Positions 42,501 to 54,596 of a stretch of 64,000 bases of DNA are shown one piece after another. Position 1 is the stretch's first letter, and the number at the start of each line of letters is the position of its first letter. The stretch lies in the NCBI GenBank assembly GCA_048013815.1, contig CM106586.1:21266001-21330000 (forward strand), read 5' to 3'. Source of the DNA: Setoptus koraiensis. Lineage: Eukaryota > Animalia > Arthropoda. A program made the translations under genes and the position numbers. A model generated the notes under the pieces. That model did not search any database, was not told the DNA's origin, and saw only the letters and a program-made list of their open reading frames with translations.

Positions 42501-44936
42501 GTAGCGGCCTGCAACTGGCCAGGTATCTTGTGCGGTGCCCGTTGCGGCCACTATAAATTTGAGAATAAATAAGATACGAACAAGAGGAGGAATAAAAATA
42601 CACCGAACACACAAACACAACCAACCGGTGTCACACCGTTGCTCGGAGCCTTCGGCAGGCCCGATTCGATTCGAATCGAGCTGAGCCCGTTCCAGCCCGC
42701 AAAAGTGTAGGTGTCCGTGGCTGTTAGACACACACATTTTTACACTGTTGGCAGCACAGGTATTTTCGCGCGGACAGCGGGCAGCGGCGGCGGTGGCGGC
42801 AAAACGGGCAGCGAGATTTAGATGTTGTTGTTGTTGTGAAAAATGGCCATGTGGAATGCGCGTTATTTAGTTTGCTTGTTGGCACTTTCCATTGGCTCTA
42901 AATTGACTCAAATTGCAATCATGGCCAATTGATTGATTCTCTCTGTCGGGCCCAGACGAGTGCGGGCCCGCGACAGCGAGAATCAATGGGCCAGAATCGT
43001 GAGACTGACCGACGCCATTGCCGACGACAGGCTGTCTGGCGGCGCCACCACTGCACACCAAGACGAGCAACCTATATGGCGGCATGCTGGCGGTGGTCAG
43101 TGCATCTCAGGGCGTCTCAGCGTCTGCCCACAAATCATAGTGTCTGGTTTTATAGATAAAACCACTGGTCAGCGACCAGTGGTCAACCGGACAGCAAACG
43201 GCCGCCGAGCAACATTGTGCCATATGCTCGTGTATTGCTGACCATTATTGTGCGATCCTAGGCCGGCAGCAGGCGATATCGGCCGCACCAGGCGGTTGTA
43301 TATATATGTTATATTAGTTAGTGCGAAACGCGGCCAAATTAGGAATGGCCGCCGCTGACGCCGTTTCCCCTCGGGCTCTCTGTCTCTGGCTCTGTTTGTG
43401 TGCTCGCCCATTGGCTCGCAATTGTCGGATCGGCGAGGCTCAAATTTGCAGTGCGCCAACAGGCGCTCGTCGCAAGTGCAAACAACCGTCCGCTGTCATT
43501 TATCGCCCGGCAACCGTATCGGCAACGGAACGATACCGTGCACCAAATCTCATTAGCGCTGTCCATCCATCAACTCAAACACAATTAGCCCAATTGAACT
43601 ATATCGCTGTGGCCCGATAAGACCGGTCTAACGCAGTGCACGACCTTGCATTGATGCCAGCGACATTCTGTCACGGCCCAGCCAGAGTGTTGCGTAACTG
43701 CACACCAACATCAAGAGTTGGCATCGGCGCCGGCCGCTAGGTGACGCTCGGCCGCAAAGCGTCTGCAGCAAGCGCGAGCCACCACGAGCCTTTTATAGGC
43801 GACTTATTGCACACAACCCAAGAGGCGACTTATCACTTGTTAGTGCACTATAACCAGCTAACATTTAACCTCGTGTGACGCTGCCAGCGTGCCAACAACA
43901 ATGGCTGGGCGCACGAATAATCCGTTATTGTTGTCGTCGTTGTTGTTGCCGCTGTCGTCGTCGTCGTCGTCGTCGTCGTCGTTGTTGCCACTGTCGTTGT
44001 TGTTCAGTTGTTGCTCGGCCCGCTGCATTGTTCTTGCCATGCACAAATTCGCGCAAATTCTCACAAATTGTCTCGCTAATTCGTGGCATGTCGGCTTACA
44101 GGGCGCCCCGACGTCGAGTCAACAACTCAATTTCGGCCGTCTTGCCGGTCGCCGGGGCCCATCACGGCGAGCCAGCGTGCACTGTAATGGGCACTTATCG
44201 CGCCTATATGGGCCTGCGTGCCGAGCGTCGGCGTGCAGGTCGCTGGCCGAAAGCGCGCGTCAATGCCGAAAGGGTTGATAACTATCCGAGATTAGCGTGC
44301 GCTCCCGTGCGCGGGCCTAATTTCGCATTGACGCATTATCGCGCTCGCTCATTTTGCCACTTTAGCGCTGACGCACTCCAGCATTGACGCATTATCGCAT
44401 GTTCGCGTTGTCGCATGTTCGCATGTTCGTCATACGAACTTCGTGTGCTCGCATTGTCGCATGATCGCAACAGCGCTACTTGTCGCGTTTTGGCATCGTG
44501 GCCTTGTCGCGTTTTCCCATTGTGGCCTTGCCGCGTTTGCCCATTTTCGCTCTGTTTTGGCTGCTTGGTCGCCGCGTTTTGGCTGTTTGGTCGCCGCGTT
44601 TCGGCTGCTTCATCGCTGCATTGTAGCCGCATTTTAGGCCCAATATCGCTGTGTTTTTGCATGCTTGCGCTCGGCCGGCTCCAGTCGCTCGCTAGCCGCT
44701 GCTGGCCTATATTGGGCCAGCGGCTGGCACAATGAGGCCACCAGTGCAATCCTTTCTGCGCCTCGCGTGTCCTATATCGGCTAATGTGTATCATCGGGGG
44801 CGCACCATTTGATGAATATCATCTGATGTAAATCGTCAACGGTTGACACGCCGTCAGCGAGATTTGAAATGCCCAGTAATAGCCGATAATGATGCTTTAA
44901 TTACCTGGCTGCCTGTTACAATGTTATTGTGTTAAT

Positions 44937-44939
<3 letters not shown>

Positions 44940-44968
<29 letters not shown>
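44940..44968. repeat. (TG)n microsatellite
   Basis: Read directly from the sequence. Confidence 0.95.
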
Positions 44969-44970
<2 letters not shown>

Positions 44971-45427
44971 ATTCAAAACTAATTTGTTTGTCAGTTTTTC
45001 ATCCTAGAATTGACTGTTGTTTGACGATGATGACGCTGACGATGCCGATGATGACAAGACAATGCAAGTGAAAGCCAAAAAAACAAAACAAAAAACAACA
45101 ATTGAAATCAATGACACAATCGGGCATGCAGTTCCACGGGCCAGGGAAATAGGAAGGGCAAGGGGAAAAGAAAGAGCAAAAAACGCTCGCTCTCTGCAAA
45201 CTTCTTCACTGTTATTTAATGTGTATTTAGGCCGGGTAAACAAGATGGCGCTGGCTTGGTCGCGGCTTCGAAGAAGATTTGTGTCCTCACTCTATTAGGA
45301 TTGTTTGCCTTCATTCAGTCATTCATTTGTTTGGTTGTTTGTGGTTACATAACATCTTGTTTGATTGTGTGAGTGTATGTTTTTGGTGACATTGACATTG
45401 AACGGCGACGAACATGTGTAAATTTGC

Positions 45428-45484
45428 CTAACGGTTTGCTGGTTGGCGGCACGGCCAGCGAGCCGCCAACCAGCAAACCGTTAG
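45428..45484. repeat. Perfect 23-bp inverted repeat with an 11-nt loop
   Basis: ctaacggtttgctggttggcggc / gccgccaaccagcaaaccgttag are exact reverse complements. Confidence 0.95.
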
Positions 45485-46639
45485 TGTCGTCCAAGCGTGC
45501 ACTGGCCCTTTGTCTATTTAAATCACTTTTTCTTAAACTCGCTTTATTTGTCTGCCGTTTGTGATGCCACAGTGATCGTATCTTTGTTGACAATCTAGAT
45601 GACTAGATGACTATATGATGATGATGATGATGATGATGATGTTATTGGCTCAGTACACACAAATAACAGTAAACAGTAAATGTGTTTGTTGTCGGCAGCA
45701 TCATCGCTGATACTTTGCCTCTTGCTGACACTTTGCTCCAAGGGAGTCAACGAACTGACTGTGTCGCGCAACACGAGCCAATCTTATCTCATGGCGGCCA
45801 CCACGGCCAGCATGCACGCAAATGTCAAACTAAACCAACTAAAACTTTGTCAGCTAGCCAATTTAAGACATACACAGGCCGTGCGACGGATCACAATACT
45901 ACGCAATGCAGCAACTTGACATTTTGAAAACAAACTGCAACTACCGGAACAAACAAATGGACAAAACAATTTCCGTATTGTTTCTGGTTTGTTCATCATC
46001 TTGTCAATCATTTTACACATACCGACAAATTGGCGCTCACCGTAATATGTATGTTAAGCGTCACGTAATCATTGTTGCCAGCATTGGTGCGCATACAGAC
46101 CTCACGCCAAGGCCAGCTCCAGGGGAGCCCAGCAAAAGAATCCTGTCGGACGCATTCAACAGCCAAACAGAATGATAATAACAAAAAGCAAACAACACCT
46201 CTCACTGTTTGCCATTTCGTTGACTGGCTAGGCCGTGTTGTATCTGTTGTGTGTTGGCACCTATCGAGCCACTTTGTCTTATCCTGTTATCATCCGCTAC
46301 GTGCTTGTCATGCTGATTGGGGCCCAAGTGCTGATGTGAAGATGATCATCTTGCTCGTGCTGCCTGCCGCCACATCTGACAGCAGTGAACTGCGAGCCAA
46401 CAACAACTAACAATTTTCATATCCTATATGAAATAATAGCCACACAGGTTGGCGCTGCCATTGGATGGTTGGCACAGTTTTTCAGTCCACAGCGCCAGCA
46501 ACTGTTTGGCTGGATAGCAGGCATCACAGTGAGTAATTTTGCGAGCCCATCCGTCTCGACGCCGGATTTTCGCCGATCCGTCTGATGCAAGATGCAGCCG
46601 GTGGCGGCACGCTGCGTGGATCGAACAAGAAGCAAGAAG

Positions 46640-46712
46640 GGGCGAAGAAGCGACGAAGAAGCGGCGAAGAAGCGGCGAAGAAGCGGCGAAGAAGCGGCGA
46701 AGAAGCGACGAA
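46640..46712. repeat. (GAAGAAGCGGC)-type minisatellite
   Basis: Read directly from the sequence. Confidence 0.9.
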
Positions 46713-49147
46713 GGAGAAATTAGAGCGCAACCCTCAGACAATTTTGCTCCTCTTTTATTTACTCAAGCGGCCGCTAGAGGCACGTTATCACAAACCATAC
46801 ACAAACAAAGTGATGGTGTAAATTGCCACCCACTCACTTATTGGCGCTGCTGGCCGTTAACGTGACGTGACTGACCGTTGGACGAGACGTTTGGCCGCAT
46901 GTGAGCAGTTTAATTAAAGCTGTCAACTGTGCCGACAGCACATATGCTGTCGGCGCGATGAATACATTTGGCGCACGTATCGATGGGGCCGCCGGCCAGC
47001 GAGCCAACTGGCCAACTTGCGCTACTATAAGACCATTTCGAGCCACTATACTATAGGTCCGATTAATTGGCCCAAGCGGAAGTTCGCAAAGTGTTCGAGC
47101 CGACCAATGCGAGCCCACGGGTCCTCGATCGAGCTGATATAGGCCTCTCTGGGCTAATTAGTATGGTGGCCTCGCGCTGTGGCCCACTGGCTGTGTGATG
47201 GAAACGGCTATGAAATGCGGCTCGCTATGTGATGGGGATACTCTGGCAGCTCAGTAGATGCTCAGTCTATGGGCACAATCTGCAGATTGATACCATGTGG
47301 CGAGGTGAGGCCAACTGCGTGTCAGAATTGGCCGCTGCAAAATTCAAAAATGCCATCATTGGTGTTCTGACAATTTGTCAATTCGCCTGTTTTGAGCCAG
47401 TGATGCAGCGACAGATTCGTGTCGATTCGAAATGTATACAATCATGACGATTACATCGGCAGTTTGTCATCGAATGGCACCGTCTGCCAGTCGATCGATT
47501 CGTGTCGACAATTTGAGCAAAATTGTCGATGGTGGTTTTGACGGTACGGCACCATTTGACAGAAGCTGGCGAAACGAACAGACAACAACTTTGCGAAATA
47601 GATGTGGTGTGCTTGTCACGGCGGCCAGTGGCACACCGGCTGGCATGTTGCGTAATGAAGAACGAGATTGTAGAGACTAATGAATTGAATGTATGCCAGC
47701 CGAAACAACGGTCCGACTAATTGGCCTAGTTAGTGCCAATTTGTTTCGTTGTCAGCCAATAAAATATCCGACAAAAACACTGGCGACGAGTGTATCATGA
47801 CAACATTCCATGGGCTGATGCAGCTGATTGGATTGAGCGATACAGACGTTTTGGCAAACAGCGCTCACTTGATGAGTTTAGTATGTCATTGCAGTATATT
47901 GCATATTATCATATTGTACATGCGCCAGTTGCAGCCGCATACGGATGGGATACGAGCTGCGGATTGGGCGTTTGTCGCGCCGATTAAAACTTGATAAAAC
48001 AAACCAACTTAAGCTAATTCAATTTGGCATCGATTTGGCGCCGATGTGGCTGCCAGTGTCGGCGAGTTGGTTTCGGTTTTGGTTGCCGACACAGCACCCA
48101 GACATGCCAGATACACAGACAGATATACAGCCAGATACAAGCCAGATATACAGACAGATACACAGACAGATATGCAGCCGGATATGCGGATGTGCAGGCT
48201 GTCACTGGCAAGATTATTACTGGCAGCGCAATCAAATGGAACCGCTCGAGCTAAATATAGTTTGCGGGCGACGTTGACAACGCTGACAAACTGTGCAAAT
48301 TGTGCCAATTGTGCAAATCTGCGTGCGCCAGCATTGGCACACGTAACTGTTACGTAATAGGGCTAGGTACGGTATTAGCTCGTGTGCAGCAACGGATCAC
48401 CATTATCGGCGTGTATCGTGTATGAGGCGGGGGGGGGGTTACGTAAGCGTACGTAGCTGGTTGTAGCGCGTTGAGGTCCGCATCTAATGCACGCTCAGAT
48501 TAGGCAAATTGGGGGGCCCGGCGCGCCAGAACGAACGCTAACAATGAGCGCAATCGTCAGCAGCGATAATAACATTAGAGCTCGGATTGCTTTGATTTGC
48601 GAGCCGGTTGTCACAGCAGCGCCAGTAGGTAGTCGCAGTTGAGTGGCGGTGGGGGGCTGGGGGGCGCCATTACAATAGGTCACGACAGTGAACGATGAGT
48701 GATGTCTGACAATTGGCCCAGTTTTCCGATCACTCACCGGATCACGAGCACGCTGCCAATGCCCAGGGGTGGCCGAGCCTAAAATATGAATGATTGATTT
48801 GGCATTTATGCGATATTTATGCGATATTGGCATGCCATCCATGGGCCATCCATGGTATTTGGGCACGCAATGTTGTGACCGGAGCGCATTAGATCTGATT
48901 AGATTCACTTGCTTGTGCCGGCCGCGGTGCCATTGAGCCGGCCCGAGCCGAGCCGAGCCGAGCCGAGCCGACTCAATTCACTTCACTTATCTGATTAGGG
49001 CTCACTTGTGGATGACACCAACTTGTCCCCAGGCTGGCCCAATTAGGCCGCCGCCACTGGCGCACACTGGTGTCGACGGGCGCTTATCGCTTTAGTCACG
49101 GCCACGAGCCGGCCTCACTTGTTCGGCCCGCTCTTGCGTCTCGTTGA

Positions 49148-49245
49148 TCTCTCGGTCTTTCGGCCTCTCGGCCTCTCGGCCTCTCGGTCTTTCGGTCTTT
49201 CGGTCTTTTGGCCTCTCGGTCTTTCGGTCTTTCGGCCTCTTTGGT
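49148..49245. repeat. (CTCGGTCT/TTCGGTCT) 8-bp minisatellite
   Basis: Read directly from the sequence. Confidence 0.9.
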
Positions 49246-52200
49246 CTCGGGCCGGCCGGCGGCCCATCACGCGAGCGTGCGCAGGTCGGCCCGAAGTGGT
49301 CATTACGGCCGCCGCCGGAGCCGCTGTCCGCAACTGACCACTGGCGCAACTCACGACAACTCAATTACAAGTGCGCGCCCAAACGCTCGGCCACAATCAA
49401 TGCATTTGCAAATTGCTGGCCAAACAACTTTGGCTGAAAACTCGCCAGCGCGTAGCGACTGAAGCGCGCAATGGACGGCGGGCGAGCGGCGGGCGGAAAT
49501 TGACATTTTTTGATTGTAACCTGAGCAGAAAGCGACAAAACGGGCGCAACAGCAACAGCAGGCAACGAGCTGGCCGACCGACGAGTTCGCGCCGGGCCAC
49601 GCTCCATCGGATCCGATGCTTGGCCAGCTGCGAGCGGCCCGATGGGGGCCGCTGTTGCAGCGGCAACATATTGAGCGGCCCGTTATTAAATAAACCGACG
49701 CAATAATAAAACGTCATTAGCCGAGCCAACAAGCATAACAAGTTGATAATGGCACACACAAACAAACTGTGCCCAATTGACTGCGATCCGCGGGCCCCAC
49801 AATTATCGGGCTAGCGGTCAGTTTGCCCGTTGGCCGGTTTGTTTGCTGGTCAGTTTGCCTGCTGGTCAGTTTGCTGGCCGATTGCTGACGCATTGTGGGG
49901 GCACTGGGCGAATGTGGGCGCGCCGCAGCGACATGTCACAACAGCGACGCCACAAATCGCCACAGAGCCACTTGCGTGATGATGACAGGGCCACACAACG
50001 ACCGCAATATAGTTGTTTGGCACATGACCGATCGCTCGTTTTATTGCGCAACACAACATGCAACACGGGCCGAAATTCAATTAGGGCCCGGCGACGTCGC
50101 AGTGCGCGTTGCGTAACACGACCGCGTTGCCATGTGTACGCAACGCGCACAGTGCGCTCATTCGTGCACCGGCCCGCTTGCCCGGCCCGCTGCCCGTCGG
50201 GCCGGCCCGGCGGAGATTTGTGTGCGATATGCGACGGCACAGCGCGCGGCTGTAGTTGCCAGCGCTGCTATTATTGGCGATGCCGGCCGACCATTGCATC
50301 ATCGTCGGCGAGCATCGTCCATGTCGACGCCGTCGATCATGCACCGCGATGCTTACCCACCATTACACACAATATTACATAATGCGCCCCACCATCACAT
50401 TGAGCGGGCCGCGTGATGACATAATGGGGTCTCACGCATAGGCACACGCCACTTGATACGGGGCGCGCGTCATGTTGCCCGTATCGGCGGTGTTGTGGCC
50501 CCGAGTTGCAGCCCGAACTCGGGATAACGCGACAACGCGCCGGCCATGGCCCCCAAAAAAGATATTCGCCATCCGCTAGTCGAGGCTCAGTGTGGCCAAC
50601 GGTCAGCGTGGGCCCACTTTGCACTGCGCCCACGACAGTTGTCACTGGCACTGGCACTGGCACCACTGCCGCACGTAATGATGACCATTTGATGTCGGAC
50701 ACAGATTAACGACAGTTGTTTGCGCGCTACATTGACTTTACCTTTTGTTGCTGTCGTCGCGGCGGTTGTTGTTGTTGCTGTTGGTCGGCGTGTGAGCAGT
50801 GTCCATTGTTGTTGTTGTCGTTGTTGTTGTTGTTGCTCAATTGAATTGGACTCAATTGAATGCAATTGAATTCATCTCAATCGAATTCAATTGTGTGTTT
50901 GTGCCGCACGGGGCCATTGTCACAACCACCCACCCGCCCCCTCTCCCATTTACGGCCAATAAACAATGCGCGGCCATATACGCATGGGGGGCCAACAACA
51001 ACAACAACAACACTGTTTGTTGTTTAACATTACATAATCAACTTGACCAATGGTCACTCAATGGCGGGCCCGCTAGTTTATGCTAATTACAAAATGTTGC
51101 AATGGCGGCCGATGACAGTACGCTTCAATGATTGCTTTGCTGTATCATTATTGTTGTTTAGTGTTGTTTGCAATGCCCACCAACCACATGGCCAGAGCAC
51201 GGCCAACAACTTGGCCGTGCTCTTTTTTTACCGTTTCGGCGCCTCGTTGTGGCCGCTCTTGGGGTGCCTCGTTGCGGCCGCTTTTCGGCAGCCCGGCCGC
51301 CGCTCCACAAGACAGCAATGGCCGGATATAGAGCCAATACATGCGTGCACAGTGGAGCAGTGGAGCCTCGAGCGAGGCCACGGACCCGAGCCGCTGTGTT
51401 TGTGAGGCGGGGGGGGGGCGCAATCTATTAATTAGGCCAATTGCGAGCAGTGCGGCGCGAGTTGCCGATTTGTTGCGGCCCCACATTGGGCACAACATGA
51501 GGGCACAACATAAGGGCATTACATAAGGGCATCGCACGAGGGCATTACGTAAGGGGCAGCGACACAAACAATAAAGCACAAACAGCAAACAATGAGGCGA
51601 GGATATTAAAAAAGTTGCTTGTTGCTCGCCAAACCAACGCGATTGTCAGCGCGTGTGCCCAGATGAGCAGTCGGGCGCGCCGTTTAATCCGTTTGCCGGG
51701 CCCGGTTTATCGGGGCCCGAGCGCAATTACAAGCCCGCAAGTCCGCCACTGAGCAGCTACGACTCGAGCCGGCGGCCGTGTCGCACGAGTGTGGGCCCCA
51801 GTGAGCATGGAGATAATCTTTTTCTTGTGGCCAAAACATTTCAGGGCGAATTTAAAATAAAGTTGGGCCCCGCGAATGGTGTTTATGTTGTGTGTCGCTG
51901 TCTCTAAATCATTCGCAAACGATGAACTGGCTCTGCGAAACTGTCCCAAACTGCAGTGCATTTATCGTGCCGGTCGTCGTCGACCAAAAGAGCACTCGGC
52001 CAGATTAACCGCACACTCACTAACTCGCGCAACAACAACAACAACAACAACAGCTATAACTGGTCGCTTTGTTTTGGTAAACTCTCTCTCTCTCTCTCTC
52101 TCTGCTGGCTCTTTGTCTCGAGAGCGAGTTACGTAACCGAACGATGGCGACTGTAGCGATTGTATCAGCGATGGGAGAGGTGATACGCAGCCAGCAGCGG

Positions 52201-54466
52201 CGCTAATCTGTTTGGGCGATTCATTTTTAAATTGGCCAAACTTTTCATTGCATTCAATCTACAAATAGCCTGGCCAACTCGCCTGTCATCCCATTACGCT
52301 CCGCTATTTATACGCAGCTCAGCCTCAGCGCCCGATATGACAGTGGCGATACCTGAGTGCGTGAGGCAAACGGCTCCGTTGTGACGTCTTTTGAGGGTGC
52401 CCTCTTTTGAGATTTCGCTGGCAGCTTCTCTTTGGCATTCGGCTTAAACTTCAATCTCGGACAAGCGCACACGCCGTCTGCGAGAGGGCCCCACATCCCC
52501 GAGAAGGCCGAGCGTTCCATTGTCTGGCCTGGCGCGCTCCGCTTTTTGTGCCCAGGAAGCCAGAGCTTTTTTGCGGCTCCCAATGGCCATCATTTATCGC
52601 CTTAATGGATGATCAATCGTCACTGTCAGCGGCGCCCACATAACGGTGATTAATAGTGCAGCAACAACGACAACAAACAGCGCGAACTGTGCGTTACCTA
52701 ATCAGAATGTTGTTGCGTCGGCGCGTCTCACTGGCTGCCGGCGCTCATTTATCATGATCACTGGCGACTGCGGCTGCTGCAAACCATCCGATGCCGGCAA
52801 CACAATGCTCGTCCGACGTTTCACGTTCACTTCCGCTGGCGCTGGCCGTGAGAGCTCACCAAAGCGCCAAAGCGCCAAAGCGCCAAACCAACCAACAACC
52901 AAAACCGGCCGACGCTCGTTACATGTTTGTTGTCGGTGCTTAGCTCGAGACATGGCCGTATTTTTCTAATTTTCGCATTGCGTTTCCATTTGTTCGAGCG
53001 AGCCGCACCGGCGCAAACTTGCGGCATGTTGTGTCGATCAAAATCGACAGAATGGCAATTGTTTTGAATTGTTGTTGCGAATTGATGGTCGCACAAGAGG
53101 AAAACATACAAACATAATCAAATGTGGCCGCATCATGCCGCCATGAGCTCATGGCGGCAAAGCGCGCCGGATGCCGTCGGCTCGACGCAACAATCGATCT
53201 GCCGCAAACTGTTACGCACCGACCGGCCGACGACGACGACGCGATGACATAATCAATAATTATCGTGATGATTGCACCGACGCCAGTCATGCCCACGACA
53301 GGTGAGGAGGCAGCAACATCTGACAGTTCATACGCCAGCAGCTGACAGTTCATACGCCAACAGCTGACAGTTCGTAGGCCATCAGCTGACGTCCGTATAG
53401 CACCGGCTGCACCTGTTAGCCCATGAATGGGCATGTCGGATAATTAATTGTCCTGCAACGGCGAGCACAAAACAATCGTTTGCGACGCGCCAGCACAACG
53501 GGATCACGCTGGGCCGATCGGCGCGCCCCCAAGCGGCCGTGCCAATTGAGTTTCGGTTGTGGTCGTCTCACAGCCATTAGCTGCGACGGGTCGGTCGGTC
53601 GGTCGGCCGTCTTGACGGGGCGCCGGCCACTTGAGCACTTTCGCTATAGGGCCACTGCCGTCGCCAAGTGAACACTTGCTGAGCCATGCGACGATTGACC
53701 GCCGTCCGTTCGTTCTGGTTCGTTTGGGCCCAACAGAATTGCCAGAGTGCTGCTAGAGTGGCGCCAGTGCGAGGCTGTGAGCTCTCTATTTCGTCGACGG
53801 GCCACGGGCCCGCCGCTGCTCGACGGCATCGGCCGGCCCCGATTGTGGCGCTGGGCGGTTTGCGAGCAAACTGTCGCCGACTGGCTGTAATTGGCTGCGA
53901 TTGGCTGCGCTGGGCCCGTCGTCGGTCGCGAGAGGCGCCCGACGACACTTTACCGTGCGCCATGGTGACGCGTCGTCTTGAGAGGCCGACTGGTCGCGTC
54001 TGGGCCCGTCTGATCGTCTGGCCTCGTCTGGTTTCGCCCGACTCGTTCGCTGCTGGAATCGCTGGCGGCCGCCAGACGCGCGCCCGACGGCAGCTTATTA
54101 ATCGAGCGGCGCGGCGAGGTCTCGAGTAGAGGTGCCGGCTGCTCTCGTGGCCGCTTGTCGCCCTCTTGGCTGGTTCCGTTTCTTTGCTCTCTTCAATATT
54201 GCTCGATATCCCTGCTGGCTGCTCTCACCAACTTTATATATATTTGTCGCTCCATATTCCGGCTGGCGACAGGAGCACACACACACACACACTGATGAAC
54301 ATGCATGTGGAAACAGGAAGCAGCGACATGCAGCGTGCGGCCGGCGCCGAAATGGGGCCCCGTTGGCGCGCCAATTGCCTTTGGGCAGTGTTGGCGGGGC
54401 GCGCGCGCGCTGGCGGTAATTTTATACTATAGCTCGCCGGCGATTGCAGCTCGTGGCGGGTTGCGG

Positions 54467-54596
54467 GCCAGTTATTGGCTGGCGCCCAATAACTGGCGCC
54501 GCCCACCGGGCCCAATTCATGAGCAACCCATGAGCAGCTCATGGGTAACGCCGGCATCAGCCACTCAGCCTATATAGGCGAGTGGCTGATTCCGGC
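54467..54596. repeat. Three back-to-back short inverted repeats
   Basis: 54467-54497 (12-bp stem), 54526-54546 (10-bp arms) and 54550-54596 (long imperfect palindrome centred on TATATA). Confidence 0.9.

Noticed and set aside
45599-45620. TGACTAGAT resembling the miR-279 5' end
   Set aside because: No complementary arm; it runs into a (TGA)n microsatellite.
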